DNA of 64,000 bases from Eledone cirrhosa (lineage: Eukaryota), in assembly GCA_964016885.1 (NCBI GenBank), contig OZ024754.1, positions 40,734,001 to 40,798,000 on the forward strand, in the 5' to 3' direction. Of the stretch, positions 46,512 through 60,300 are shown one piece after another. A program made the position numbers and the translations under genes. How positions within the stretch are numbered: the stretch's first letter is position 1; each line of letters starts with the position of its first letter. The notes under the pieces are model-generated. The model made no database searches. It saw only the letters and a list, made by a program, of their open reading frames with translations, and had not been told where the DNA came from.

Positions 46512-46833
46512 ATGATATTAATAAATGGAAACTATATTTATAAAACCATATTTATTCTATTATATATATTTCAAGGGTACCAAAACTTTGGTACGCTCTC
46601 ATCAGATAAAATACAAAATTTCTTTTATAAATAGTGACATATCCAGGAATCAGACCTTATCATCCAAACGGAACTTGAACCGTTAAGGTCTGATTCCTGG
46701 ATATGTCACTATTTATAAAACAAATTTTGTATTTTATCTGATGAGAGCGTACCAAAGTTTTGGTACCCTTGAAATATATATAATAGAATAAATATGGTTT
46801 TATAGATATAGTTTCCATTTATTAATATCATTG
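46510..46833. repeat. Near-perfect ~150-bp inverted repeat (arms 46510-46659 and 46684-46833), Penelope-like inverted pLTR relic
   Basis: The arms are reverse complements with only a few mismatches around a ~24-nt loop. The insert is flanked by (TA)n. Confidence 0.92.
46730..46790 (+). ncRNA. Type I minimal hammerhead ribozyme motif (identical copy on the minus strand at 46553-46613)
   Basis: TATTTTAT-CTGATGA-GAGCGTACCAAA GT TTTGGTACCCTT-GAAA-TATATA-TA^ATAGAATA. Intact catalytic core, 8-bp stem I (one G-U), ~11-bp stem II and palindromic stem III; predicted cleavage after 46782 (AUA). Confidence 0.75.
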
Positions 46834-46919
46834 TTATTATACTCCAGAAAACCTGTCGAGTGCTTCGAATCTGTTATAAACATATTTGTTGAATTACCAA
46901 CAAATTAAATATCTCTTTG

Positions 46920-46988
<69 letters not shown>

Positions 46989-47381
46989 ATATAGGGAAAG
47001 AGTTAGAACCCCGATGGCTGAGCTCCGGCTGTTTCGACAACTAAATCAGAACTGTTCTGATCTAGCTGTTGAAACGGCCGGAGCTCTGCCGTCGGGGTCC
47101 TGTCTCTTTTCCTATTACCCACTCTACTACCCTAAGTATCAAGTACTCTGGTGCATTATGGTCCACCTGGTTCCTTACCACACTTTCCTTGTTTTATGTA
47201 TATATATATATTATATATATATATATATATAACGAAGGAAATGTGGTAAGGAACCAGGTGGACCATAACGCACCAAAGTACTCAATACTTAGGGTAGTAG
47301 AGTGGGTAATAGGAACGAGTAGGACCCCGACTTAGAATTAGCCGTCGAAATGGCTTGAGCTCAGCCGTCGGGGTCCTACTC

Positions 47382-47441
<60 letters not shown>

Positions 47442-47876
47442 AATTAGATATAGATATAGAATTGGCATTTACAGGACTAGAACTGTTTCATTCAAAAGAA
47501 ATCATCAGGAAAGCCCTGATGATTTCTTTCGAATGAAACAGTTCTAGTCCTGTATTTAAATTGATGTTTACACTCTACTAATGTATCGAGTACCTTACTT
47601 ACTGTGGTTACGCCTGATTGAACCCGAGACTCATATATATGTAATCTGTTCTTATAATCTCTCTCCCCCTATCTCTCTCTCTCCCCCTCACACTCCCCCT
47701 CTCTCTCTCAAACATATCTATTTATTCTTTGTTAAACAGTACAAGAAATCACGTTTAGCACTAATCTAATTTTATGTAAGACTAAATAATAATATAACAG
47801 CTACCAGATAAATTCCTCAGCAATCAGGGTATGCACTAAATAATTCTCTTCTGCATACCACCATTGCTCAATAACA

Positions 47877-48770
47877 TACCAGTTATATCCACAGGGTGGC
47901 TGTAACACCATCTTTTAGTGTTACTTACTCCAGAAACAACATCATGTGTGTGAAGTCGAGAAACATTCTCTCTGTATACCAGTTATATCCTTAGGGTGAC
48001 TGTAACAACAGCCTGTATGTGAAGTAGAGGAACATTCTCTCTGTATACCAGTTATATCCACAGGATGACTGTAACAACATCCTGTGTGTGAAGTAGAGGA
48101 ACATTCTCTCTGTATACCAGTTATATCCACAGGGTGACTGTAACAACATCCTGTGTGGGAAGTAGAGGAACATTCTCTCTGTATACCTGTTATATCCACA
48201 GGGTGACTGTAACAACATCCTGTGTGGGAAGTAGAGGAACATTCTCTCTGTATACCAGTTATATCCACAGGATGACTGTAACAACATCCTGTGTGTGAAG
48301 TAGAGGAACATTCTCTCTGTATACCAGTTATATCCACAGGGTGACTGTAACAACATCCTGTGTGGGAAGTAGAGGAACATTCTCTCTGTATACCTGTTAT
48401 ATCCACAGGGTGATGTAACAACATCCTGTGTGGGAAGTAGAGGAACATTCTCTCTGTATACCAGTTATATCCACAGGGTGACTGTAACAACATCCTGTGT
48501 GTGAAGTAGAGGAACATTCTCTCTGTATACCAGTTATATCCACAGGGTGACTGTAACAACATCCTGTGTGTGAAGTAGAGGAACATTCTCTCTGTATACC
48601 AGTTATATCCACAGGGTGACTGTAACAACATCCTGTGTGGGAAGTAGAGGAACATTCTCTCTGTATACCAGTTATATCCACAGGATGACTGTATCAACAT
48701 CCTGTGTGGGAAGTAGAGAAACATTCTCCCTGTATACCAGTTATATCCACAGGATGACTGTAACAACATC
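47877..48770. repeat. 69-bp minisatellite (~12 copies)
   Basis: Unit ataccagttatatccacagggtgactgtaacaacatcctgtgtgtgaagtagaggaacattctctctgt. Confidence 0.95.
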
Positions 48771-51700
48771 TCTATTGGCTGTGAAGTTTCATCTTGAGTA
48801 TTTTAACAAATTGTTCTTATATTTTCAAAATTTTATCGAAAAAAATCTAAAATGAATATTTAAATTAATCTCGTAGGAAGTTTTAAATAATTTAATTTTC
48901 ACATCTATATTATATTGTTTAGCTTTTAATTAACCCTTTCGCATTTAAACTGGCCATATCCAGCCAGAATACTCTCTCCTGTTTCTGTTTAAACAGGCTG
49001 TAACTGGCCACTCATATTGACGTTAAGGTATTGTTTTCAAAATAAATATCAAAATCTCATAGATTTGATATTACATTAGATAATTATATGAGATAAAGCC
49101 TTTACTGTGAAAATATAATGGTAAATTTAGAGTAATGTAAATGCTAAAGGGTTTTGAGATTGCAGATTTCATTAAAAACTTATAACTAATATCTGAAATA
49201 AAGATTGAAGTTATCAATGAAATGTGGTTTGTAAGAGGTTTGGCTACTGACTATTATATTAAATTGCAATAAATTATCATTTTAGTAATTCTTTGCTAAT
49301 TTAGTCAATTTGTTTTAGTTTTATATAGTCATGTCTATTTTTCAAAATCTCTATTTATATTCTTCTATTCATACACATATTCAGTCCACTGCTCTCATAA
49401 CCTCTTCTTTTATCATCTCATCTCCTTTTTATTTTCTTATATTGCTATTTGACCCTTTACTTCTGCCAGTTGTTTTTCTTCTAATTTCTCTCCTTCATAT
49501 ATGTTGTGTATGGCCCCTAAATTGGTTGAAATCTCTTGCTATAGCCATTATTATCTGTCTGCTGCTCAAACAAACCCCCCAAAAAAACAAACAAACCTGC
49601 TGTATCTATAATTTATATTTTTTTAAACCTAAAAATCTGTTGTAAACCAAGTACTTCCAAGTTTTGTGTGATATTGTTTTGTGTAATTTCACTTAAACCT
49701 CTTATTTCATCCATAATATCTCAATCTAAGAAGCTATCTTTTAAAAAAAAAAATGGCTGCTACAGATTGTTTTCTCCACCTCCCCTGTCAGCCGATAATC
49801 ACTACTCATTATCTATTTGTCTGCAGATTTATAAAATGTTAAACGATGTTGTCTTGGTAAATTCTGTGATGTTTCTGGATGTTGTACCAGAGTTTCTAAT
49901 AATAACCATTTTCATTTTATCTGTGGTACCATTTGTTGGAGACCTTCAAATAAGAGGTCATTTTTTTTCTGTTCAGAATTTTATCTCTAAAAATCTTCCA
50001 ACAGAGAGAAAAAAGTAAATAAAATATAAAAGTTATTTCTTCTTTGCTTTATTATTATTATTATTATTATTATTATTTGTAATGCTTTTCTGGCAGATGT
50101 TATACCAACACTAAACCAAAAGAGCAAGCCATAACCAATGGCCAAAGATACTTTGAGTCATTCCTTCTCCTTCAACTTTCCAATGCTCTCCTTAAAATTC
50201 TTGCTGTTCCCAGCAAGGCTGTTTTCTGCTTATTTGAAGGTTTTTGTTTTATTTGCTGAAGAAATATTCCCAATATTTTCACTCTAACTCTTTTATTTGC
50301 TTTCTCAACTCTGTAATTCTTTAAATATATATATTTTTTTAATTAAAAGGCTATTATTGCTGTTACTGTTGTTGTTGGTATGACCTAACTGCTTCCACTG
50401 CTGACAACAAAAGGTTTCTCTCTACGTAAAAAAGGAAGGCTGTGTGACACCTGTGTGCAGTGTGCGATCCTGCATGGTAGTGAAACATGGTCAGTGAATG
50501 TAGAAGACATACATAGACTGGAGAGAAATGAAGCAACCATGTTTCGTTGGATGTGCAATGTAAATATAAGAGAAAGGCAGAGTTTGACGAGCTGAGAGGG
50601 AAGCTGGGTTTAGGGGGAATCCAAGATGGTGTGCAGGAGAGAAGACTGTGTTAGTATGGACATGTGATGTGCACGGATAATGACCAATCGGTGAAGAAAT
50701 GCCAGGGAATCACAGTAGAGGATGATCAAGAAAGACCTGGGCAGAGGTGAGAGCTGACCTCGAATTACTAAGACTGGCAGAGGAGATGATGAAGGAACAT
50801 AACAAATAGAGAGATGCTGTGCTGAGAGGGACCCATCCAACCTATGCAAGTGTGGAAAAACAGATGTAAAAACAATGATGCTTCACAGCATACTTACGTC
50901 CCTTTATGTTCTGAGTTCAAATCCCGCCAAGGTTAGCTTTGCCTTTCATCCTTACGGGGTCGATAAAATAAAGTACCAGTAATACACTGGGATCGATTTA
51001 ATCGACTTTCCCCTCCCTCAAATTTTTGGCCTTGTGCTTAAATCAGAAATCATTCTCTTACAAACTGTATCTATGAAATATTTCATTTATCTCCCTAGAA
51101 ATCATGTCTGTTAGTTTTTTTTACATATTATCTTCTGCTTTTTTTTATCAATTGATTTATTTTTGTGAACTTTAGAGTTGTCAGTGAATGGGAGGAAAAA
51201 AAAATCATTTTGGTTTAAAGTAGTTTAACTAAATTCCCAATAATAATTAAAGCTCCTAAAAAAATAGGACTTCAATTTTTTTATTTTTAACCATTTCATT
51301 AGCACATTTCTAACAAAAGGCATCACTTTGATGGGTTTCGGCCAGTATTGGCCCAGACTATGTCTAACTTAATAGCACCACATAATCTATGATTTTCAAA
51401 TAATTTTGAAAATAATTGAGAATTTGGAAGGATTTAGTAAATATATCTTTCTCGTTATTAAGCTGGTGTTTAAGGGCGGTGGCTTGGTAGAATCAGTAGA
51501 GCATCGGACAATATGCTTTGCGGCATAGGGTTATGACATTTTAGGATCCGAGTTCAAATTACACTGAGGTTAGCTTTGGTTTCATCCTTACAGCGTTGAT
51601 AAAATGAAGTACCAGTAATACACTGGGGTTGATTTAATTGACTATTCCCTGCCCCAAAATTGCTGGCCTTGTGTCTAAATCAGAAACCATTATTAAGTTG

Positions 51701-51970
51701 TTGTTAAGGGCGGTGGATTGGCAGTATCGGTAGAGGATCGGACGCTATGCTTTGACGTATAGAGTTACGGCCCTTGCCATTCTGAGTTCAAATCCCGCCG
51801 AGGTTAACTTTGCCTTTCATCCTTACGGGGTCGATAAAATAAAGTACCAGTAATGTACTGGGTAATTGCTGGCCTTGTGCCAAACGTAGAAACAATTATT
51901 AAGTTGTTGTCCAGCCACTTCCACTTCTTCCAAGGTAGGATTTTCTGTTAGTACATCATTTGTAGGTCAA

Positions 51971-52155
51971 CTAGGAACCTAATAAACTCCCCACTGTCAT
52001 AGGAGTTTCTGGAATAAAAGCTCGAGGAGAATTTTTGCTACATCTTTTATGTTTCATGCATGGGAGGCTGGATTGATGACTCCACCATGGACCATGAATG
52101 AGTTTGGTCTTGATGATTTCAAAGAGATCTAGATCGCCATCTTTATCAGGTAACT
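51971..52155 (-). mobile_element. Helitron Rep-helicase coding fragment
   Basis: ELPDKDGDLDLFEIIKTKLIHGPW....PCMKHKRCSKNSPRAFIPET resembles the Helitron Rep motif E.PD...L...V...M.HGPC....CM....C.K.FP..F..ET. Confidence 0.7.
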
Positions 52156-53678
52156 CCACTGAAATGCTCTGAGGCCATAGTATCTAGAATAAAGACAGGA
52201 TGGAAGAAGTTTAGGGAGCTGCTTCCTCTGTTGACAATGAAGGGTTTCTCCCTACGAATGAAAGGTTGGTTGTATGATGACTTGGTAGTGAGATCCGGGC
52301 AGCAACTGTGGGGGATATGCGAAGACCGGAAAGAAATGAAGCAAGCATCCTCTGATGGATGTGTTGAGAATAAAACTGTATAAAAGGAGTAAACTGTAGT
52401 GTGCAGGAGAGAAGACTGTGTTGGTATGGCCATGTGATGCGCATGGAAGATGACTACTGGGTGAAGTGCCAAGAAATCCCAGTGGGAGGAAGAAGACCAA
52501 GAAATATATGGGTGGAGGTGGTGAGAGCTGACCTCAGACTGCTGAAACTCACAGAGAAGATGACAAAGGACCGTGACTAATGGAGAGATGCTGTGCTGAA
52601 GAGGACGCGTCCCACCCTTCATTAATAAACGTTGATTGCCACCTAAACTCTGTTTATATTTTAATTCTGAAGGAACTTATCCACTTGTGTTGATATAAGT
52701 GATTTTATGACTTTCCTGTAAGCATTTTGTCTTTATATATGTTATTATAAACGTGAATATATTCTGTATATGAAAAAAAAAAAAAAAAAGCTGAAATGAA
52801 ATGTCATGCGAAATATACAAAAAAAACCTGCAAAGAAAAAAAAACAGAAAAGATAACCAAGTCTATTACCTCCCTTGAATTTTCTGTAATGATGTCATAA
52901 GAGAATTGTTTTGTTTTTTTAACCAAATTCTACGAAATTCTTCATTTCATAAAATCATTCAAATTTATTAAAATCCTGAGTTATTTACAGATTAGTTTAT
53001 GATTCACACACACACACACATACACACGTACACACACACATACACACACAAATGTTATTTTGAAACAGAAATATAAGCTTTCTGTGTTCACTTTCCTCCA
53101 TCAAAAAAGTAACTGATATATTTTTATTGTCTTTTTTTAAATTCTTTTATTGGTTTTAATCAATAGACTGTGGCCATGCTGTGGCCATGTTGTGGCACCA
53201 CTTTAAAGGGATTTAATCAACTATATCAACCACAGTATTTATTTTGTCAAGTCTGGTACTTATACACATACATACATGCATACTCTCATATACATACATT
53301 CATACACACATACACTTACACACACATACATACATACATACATTCATATACATACATTCATACACACATTCATACACATACATACATACACACATACACT
53401 CACACATAGGTACATACACACACACATTCATACATACATACACACATGCTTCCTGAAATTCACCAACACTACACCTGATATCCCCCCCCCTCCCGTCCAT
53501 ACACCTGCACACATGTATTTCTTGACTCATACACTGTTCATTTACCTGACATTTGTACATTATTCTATATACTATACATGCACCTTTGATGGGTCATAGT
53601 GCACCTGAACACTGTACACAATAATTTCATTATTATTATTATTATACATACATTCATACACATACATACACACACATA

Positions 53679-54575
53679 CGAGGTGTGTCAGAAAAGTTCC
53701 AGGACGGATGTCACGAAAGATTTATTTCAAACCCAAACTTCACTCTGAGAGTTTTCTCCTTCAAAGTAATCCCCCTGGAGTATGTAACTGTAATCTTAGC
53801 TCTCTGCAGCGATCAAACTTTTTTCTTCATAATTTTATATACATGTCCTCTGTTTCAGGTCGTCAAGCAATGAGCATAGAGCAACGAACAAACTTGAAAA
53901 CTCCGTCAGAAGCACTGGGATTGCTGCAGCAAGTGTATGGAGATGAGACGATGTCACGTTCACGTGTTTTTGAGTGGTGCAAGAGGTTTAAAGAAGGACG
54001 CGAGGACGTGGAAGATGACCCCAGGAGCGGAAGGCCCTCAACAACCAGGACTGAGGTCAACGTTGAGTGCATCAGGCAGATGGTGCGTAGCGATCGTAGG
54101 CTGACTGTTCGACTGATGGCAAATGAGCTGGGCATGAATCGGGACAGCGTCTGGAAGATTCTCACTGAAGATTTGGACATGCGGAAAGTCTGCGCGAAGA
54201 TGGTGCCAAAACTGCTGAACGATGACCAGAAGGGTCGACGCATGCAAGTGTGTCAGGACATCCTCTTGAGCGTCTTGAAACCGAACCAGACTTGCTAGGG
54301 ACAGTCATCACCAGTGATGAGTCATGGATCTTCGAGTACAACCCGGAGGGACCCGTTTTGAAGATGTGGACAACATCAAAAAGGCCGTGACGACGGAACT
54401 GCAGATGATCCCGGAAGAATCCTTCCAGGAGTGCATGCAAGCGTGACAGAAAAGGATGGCAAAGTGCATTAGACTCCAGGGGGATTACTTTGAAGGAGAA
54501 AACTCTTAGTGCGAAGTTTGGGTTTGAAATAAATCTTTTGTGACATCAGTCCTGGAACTTTTCTGACCCACCTCG
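53679..54575 (+). mobile_element. Internally deleted mariner (Tc1/mariner) DNA transposon
   Basis: TA target-site duplication and ~100-bp TIRs (CGAGGTGTGTCAGAAAAGTTCCAGGAC.. / ..GTCCTGGAACTTTTCTGACCCACCTCG) enclose a transposase remnant. Confidence 0.93.
53870..54500 (+). pseudogene. mariner transposase pseudogene (HTH region intact; catalytic DDD domain frameshifted and largely deleted)
   Basis: VYGDETMSRSRVFEWCKRFKEGREDVEDDPRSGRP, DRRLTVR, KVCAKMVPKLL. A frameshift precedes VITSDESWIFEY, and the sequence then jumps to the C-terminal GDYFEG. Confidence 0.88.
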
Positions 54576-56201
54576 TACATACATACTCATACATACATAC
54601 ACACATATATACACACACATACATATATACCTACTTACATACATACATACCTACTTACATACATACATACATACACACATATGAGAGGCTTCTAATTTCT
54701 TTCTACCAAATTTCACTCACATGGCATTAGTCAACCTAGAACAAATCTTACACAAAGGTGAATGTTTTCCAAACAATAATAATGATAACTAGCAGAATGA
54801 CCTGGCATTTCTCAGGATTCTAAACATAGATTGGCATGTTTATCCCTCCTTTCTGAAACAGTACAGAGAAGTACGGAATACCTCGGCCTTGCGACCATCA
54901 AATAGCAGATTCCACTGACGATTCGTTTACCTGCCTTGTTCTTTTTCTTGCCGCTTTCGCAGTATTTCGGCCAATGGAATATCTCTTCCTTCGAGGCATG
55001 ACCTAAAATCAGGACGAAGTACACTAAGACTAACTGGTAGAGTAAGGAGTAAACTCGTCAGTGATGCATGTAATTTCCGAACCGTTGACTATGTTATTGC
55101 TGGCCTTGTACCAAAAGTAGTGGGACTTTTGGGGTGGCATATCGGCAGTAACAATGACGATAAGCCGTCTGAGCTTTCGTGAAATAAATACGTTTGTTTA
55201 TATTTTGTTTTTATGTATGCAAAAATATCTGGACATGAATATATAATTATATATATATATATATGTATATATTAAAATAACAGATTAAAGTTTAAGCAAA
55301 GAATCACTGCTTTCACACTTAACGGGATCTTCTGAAACTAAAAAAATCAATCTGTGAACGCAGGAGTAAATATTTCGAAAAACGTTGCAACCAAAGGAAA
55401 GCAGGAAGACGATGCTTTGGTTCATGAATATGTTCCCTGGCAATGAACGGAAAATAGTGAAGATGATACGTCAGCAATGAGAACAATATTTGTCATAATG
55501 TCGTAATGCAGACATACAGACATATATTATAAGAGCGCAACGTTATAGCTTTGTATCTATCTAAAAAGACAAACTAAGAAAGACACAGAGATCACTAACC
55601 GGCGCCTAATGCGGTCCCTACGGCATTGAAAATTCGAAATATTTTTCACTCAAAACACTCACACGACCATAAGTATTACATGTGTAAAGTTTGAAAAAAA
55701 TCGGTTGGGTGGTTCTCGAGTTTTAGGGAGTCAGACAGACATTCTCTGTTTTAGATATATAGATGATGAAATTATTGTGTACAGCGCTCAGGTGCACTAC
55801 AACTCATCAAAGGTGCATGTATAGTACATAGAATAATGTACAAATGTCAGGAAAGTGAACAGTATATGAGTCATGATATACATGTGTGCGTGTGTATGGA
55901 GGGGGGGATATCAGGATGCAGTGTCTCGACAGCTAAGAACTGATGCAGGTAGTTTGTTCCATGCTTCAGCAACTCTGAGTGTGAAAAGATGTTTCTGAAA
56001 GTGATGGGAGCTGTGCTGTTTTCTGACTTTGTAGACATGCCCACGTGTGTTAGACACATGGAATTCAAAAAGGTGCTCAGGGTTGTTGGCAAGATGGTTA
56101 ATAATTTTAGCCTACCTCGTTTTATTGACAGATGTGATGTGAAGGCTTTAATACATCAACTACACTAACAGAAAGTAAATCTCAAAGTATTACTGTTTTC
56201 T

Positions 56202-56556
<355 letters not shown>

Positions 56557-57352
56557 AGATAAGGTTCTTTATATGCATTTGCTGTCTATAGTCCAAAATA
56601 TATAGGACAAAATAATCGAAAATATCGAACAAAAGGGGTGTAGAAATTATCTGCGTATATAAGTCTTCAATAAAAGATAATACAGGTGAATCAATATAGG
56701 TTGATAATCTAGTTTATCTAGCTTAGGGGTCAGTATTTGGGACTAATATTTCTTGTAAGTATGCATGAATTAATCATGTGGTTGTTTAGATGAGTGTTGA
56801 CATGTTTACGCCTTTCTATTGATAACTAAAGTTCACTGACTGAATTTCATAACAGTTAAGTACTTCTAAGATATTTATTTGTATATTACAAACCAACAGT
56901 TTGTTTGTTAATGTCATTACAGTATTGACAGTTATTTCTTACATGGACAACAGAGTCACAGATATTACTGGTACTTATTTCAACAACAGCAGAACACGAA
57001 GTTGAGCTGGAAGAAATTTTGGATTTAGACTCAGAATGTAAAGGAAGATCACACACTATAAATATAAATATTATAAATATAAATATTATAAATATTGCTC
57101 AGAAACAGAGATAAAAACACAATCATACTTCATCAGAACTTAACCTTCTCCATTCAAAAAGTATTTGACTAAAAATGAAAAAATGTTATTGTAAAGAATA
57201 CTTAAAACTGAATTCTTTACATATTAGAAGCGTCGAGCTTTTCATTTTTTCATGGTAAACCTCTGAAGATTGTTAAAAGTTAAATAATTTCTGTGAAATA
57301 TTAAAAAGCAGTTTATATTTTAGATTGGAAAGAAACAAAAAAGGGTTAAACA

Positions 57353-60300
57353 ATGTTTCGAAAACATCTTTTAAACCTATGTCAGCGTGTGTCTGCAATA
57401 GCATTACCAACTGTGAAATCTTCACTTCACAGTGGAACTTTGAATGTGCCAGAAAATGTAGCCTTTCCTATGTATTTGTTGAGTCAAACTGCTAATTTTG
57501 AACACCAAACAGCTTTGGTAAGTATCTCATCATCTATTATAAACATTTAACCCTTTAGCATTTACATTATTCTATATTTACTATTGTATTTCTATAGTAG
57601 AGGCTTTATCATACATAATTATCTCACATAATATCAATTCTATGAGATTTTGATGTTATTTATTTTGAGAACAATACCTTAATATCAGTATGAGTAGCAA
57701 GTTACGGCAGGTTTGAACAGAAAGAGGTGAGAGAATCCTGGCAGGATACGGCTGGTTTAAATGCTAAAGGGCTAAAGAATTCTTTTGTAGCTTGAGTTGT
57801 TGAGTTATTGTTTTTCTATGCATGAATAAGTTGGATAAAGTCTGGAGTGTTCCATGGGTACTAAACCTGGAACTTATCCTTTCTTGGTTTCAAAGGGGTT
57901 AAACCTAGAACTTATCTTAGTTTCGTGGGGGTTAAACAACTGATAATACAAGGCCCTTACTTTAACAGGACACCAGTCCATCACAGGATTAACTCACCCA
58001 CACTAGCGAGCAACATATAATGAAGTGCTTTTCTCAAGAACACAATATATTACTTGGTCTGAGCATCAAACCCATGACATTCTGATTGTATGACCAACAC
58101 CCTAACCACTCGATCACAGCCCTTCACTTTTATACAGTAATTTGTGAAATAATAATGCTGTTTACAAGTTTCCAATATGTCAGGCTCTGGCTCCTGGTGG
58201 ACAAAATAACTTAAAGGACTTTATTTGTTGTTTGGGTTTGGGTCTGGGTTTGGGTTTGGGTCTGGGTTTGGGTCTGGGTTTGGGTCTGGGTCTGGGTCTG
58301 GGTTTGGGTTTGGGTTTGGGTTTGGGTCTGGGTCTGGGTTTGGGTTTGGGTTTGGGTCTGGGTCTGGGTTTGGGTTTGGGTCTGGGTTTGGGTTTGGTTT
58401 GGGTCTGGGTTTGGGTTTGGGTTTGGGTCTGGGTTTGGGTTTGGGTATGGGTTTGGGTCTGGGTCTGGGTTTGGGTCTGGGTTTGGGTTTGGGTCTGGGT
58501 TTGGGTCTGGGTTTGGTTTGGGTTTGGGTCTGGGTTTGGGTTTGGGTTTTCACTCTAATGTTTACATCCTGTGTCAATACACACTGGCAAAATATACACG
58601 CATACACACACATACATTGCACATACACACGCAGGCACACACATGTATACATACACACACACACATAAATACATACACTCACATTCATACACACACACAC
58701 ACGCACATACACACAAATATATACACTCACATTCACACATACACACATATACACACATAAATACACTCACACTCACACACACGTACACACACACACACAC
58801 ATACACATATAAATACATACACTCACATTCACACACACACACACTCATAATGGTTTTAAATGTCTAGCCAATATCTGGGAGATAAGGGGTTCAATTCCTC
58901 ACACCAGCTGATGGTAACTTCTTTTAAGGGTCTTATTCTATAAGCTATTTCATAGCATCCCTCCACACATCAGCACAACATTCATCATCATCATTTTCAC
59001 CGTTTTACGTCCATTCTTCCATGCTAGCATGGGTTATACGGGTTGTCCTGTTGTGGGCAATGGCAGGTCAGGTGACCATGTCTTGCTCATACAGAACTGA
59101 TTCTGGCTTGAATATCTACAGCTGGATGCCCTTCCTAACACCAACCTCATTTACAGCGAGTTCTGGGTGCTTTTTTACCGTGGCGCCTCCACGACCACTT
59201 TCCAGTGTGGGCTGGGTGCTTTTTGGCCGTGGTACCTCCACGACCCGCTTTGCAGTGGGAGGGGGTGGGGGCATATTGTCTATATGCTTCAGCTTCGGCT
59301 TGTACCGGTGGGGGGTCGGGTCTTCTGTATTACTGCGTGACGCCAGAGGTCACGGTCCTGTGTCATAACCTTTGGGAGGTGCAATTGGGCAAGGTCAGCC
59401 TTTATCACCTCGTCCCATGTCTTTTAATTCTATACCCAGTCCACACTGTAAAGTGGACGTGTAAAAGACACAGTAAAAAGCACCCAGCGCACACTGTAAA
59501 GTGGACATGTAAAAGACACAGCAAAGAGCACCCAGTCCACACTGTAAAGTGGACGTGTAAAAGACACAGCAAAGAGCACCCAGTCCACACTGTAAAGTGG
59601 ACATGTAAAAGACACAGCAAAGAGCACCCAGTCCACACTGTAAAGTGGACGTGTAAAAGACACAGCAAAGAGCACCCAGTCCACACTGTAAAGTGGACAT
59701 GTAAAAGACACAGCAAAGAGCACCCAGTCCACACTGTAAAGTGGACATGTAAAAGACACAGCAAAGAGCACCCAGTCCACACTGTAAAGTGGACGTGTAA
59801 AAGACACAGCAAAGAGCACCCAGTCCACACTGTAAAGTGGACGTGTAAAAGACACAGCAAAAAGCACCCAGTACACACTGTAAAGTGAACGTGTAAAAGA
59901 CACAGCAAAAAGCACCCAGTACACACTATCTATGTGGTTGGTGCTAGGAAGAAAACCAGACAGAAACTCTCCTATATGAGCAAGACACGGTCACCGAACC
60001 CAACTTGCCTCAAATTAGGATAAACCCATGTAACCCATGCTAGCGTGGAAGATAGATGTTAAACGATGATGATGATGATGATGATGATAGTGATGATTCT
60101 CACCATCACATATACTGTTTACCTTTTTAAAATATTCCTTCTTGCAATTACATAACAACGATGATCCTGGCCAGATAACTTTTCTTTTTGACATTCACAA
60201 ACATTTATTTACAATAGTTTATAACTTTGCCTATTAATCCGTATGGGTGAGCAAATGGGGTCCCACATGCTGGCCTCCCCACAGCCCCGACGGACAGGAT

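Noticed and set aside
47515-47554. Functional hammerhead (CTGATGA...GAAAC)
   Set aside because: The core words are present but stems I and II do not pair convincingly. Kept only as a hairpin or possible relic.
47942-48769. 275-aa and related repetitive ORFs
   Set aside because: Artefacts of a 69-bp (multiple-of-3) tandem repeat, with a frame switch inside and no splice or homology support.
54812-55024. Possible coding exon or transposase remnant on the minus strand
   Set aside because: Composition is coding-like, but I cannot recognise any motif or splice partner. It needs a tBLASTx/HMM search.
58231-58550. True telomere or chromosome end
   Set aside because: It is intronic, short, and not TTAGGG.
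59205-59926. ORFs with [16 protein letters not shown] repeats
   Set aside because: A 48-bp intronic minisatellite open on both strands.
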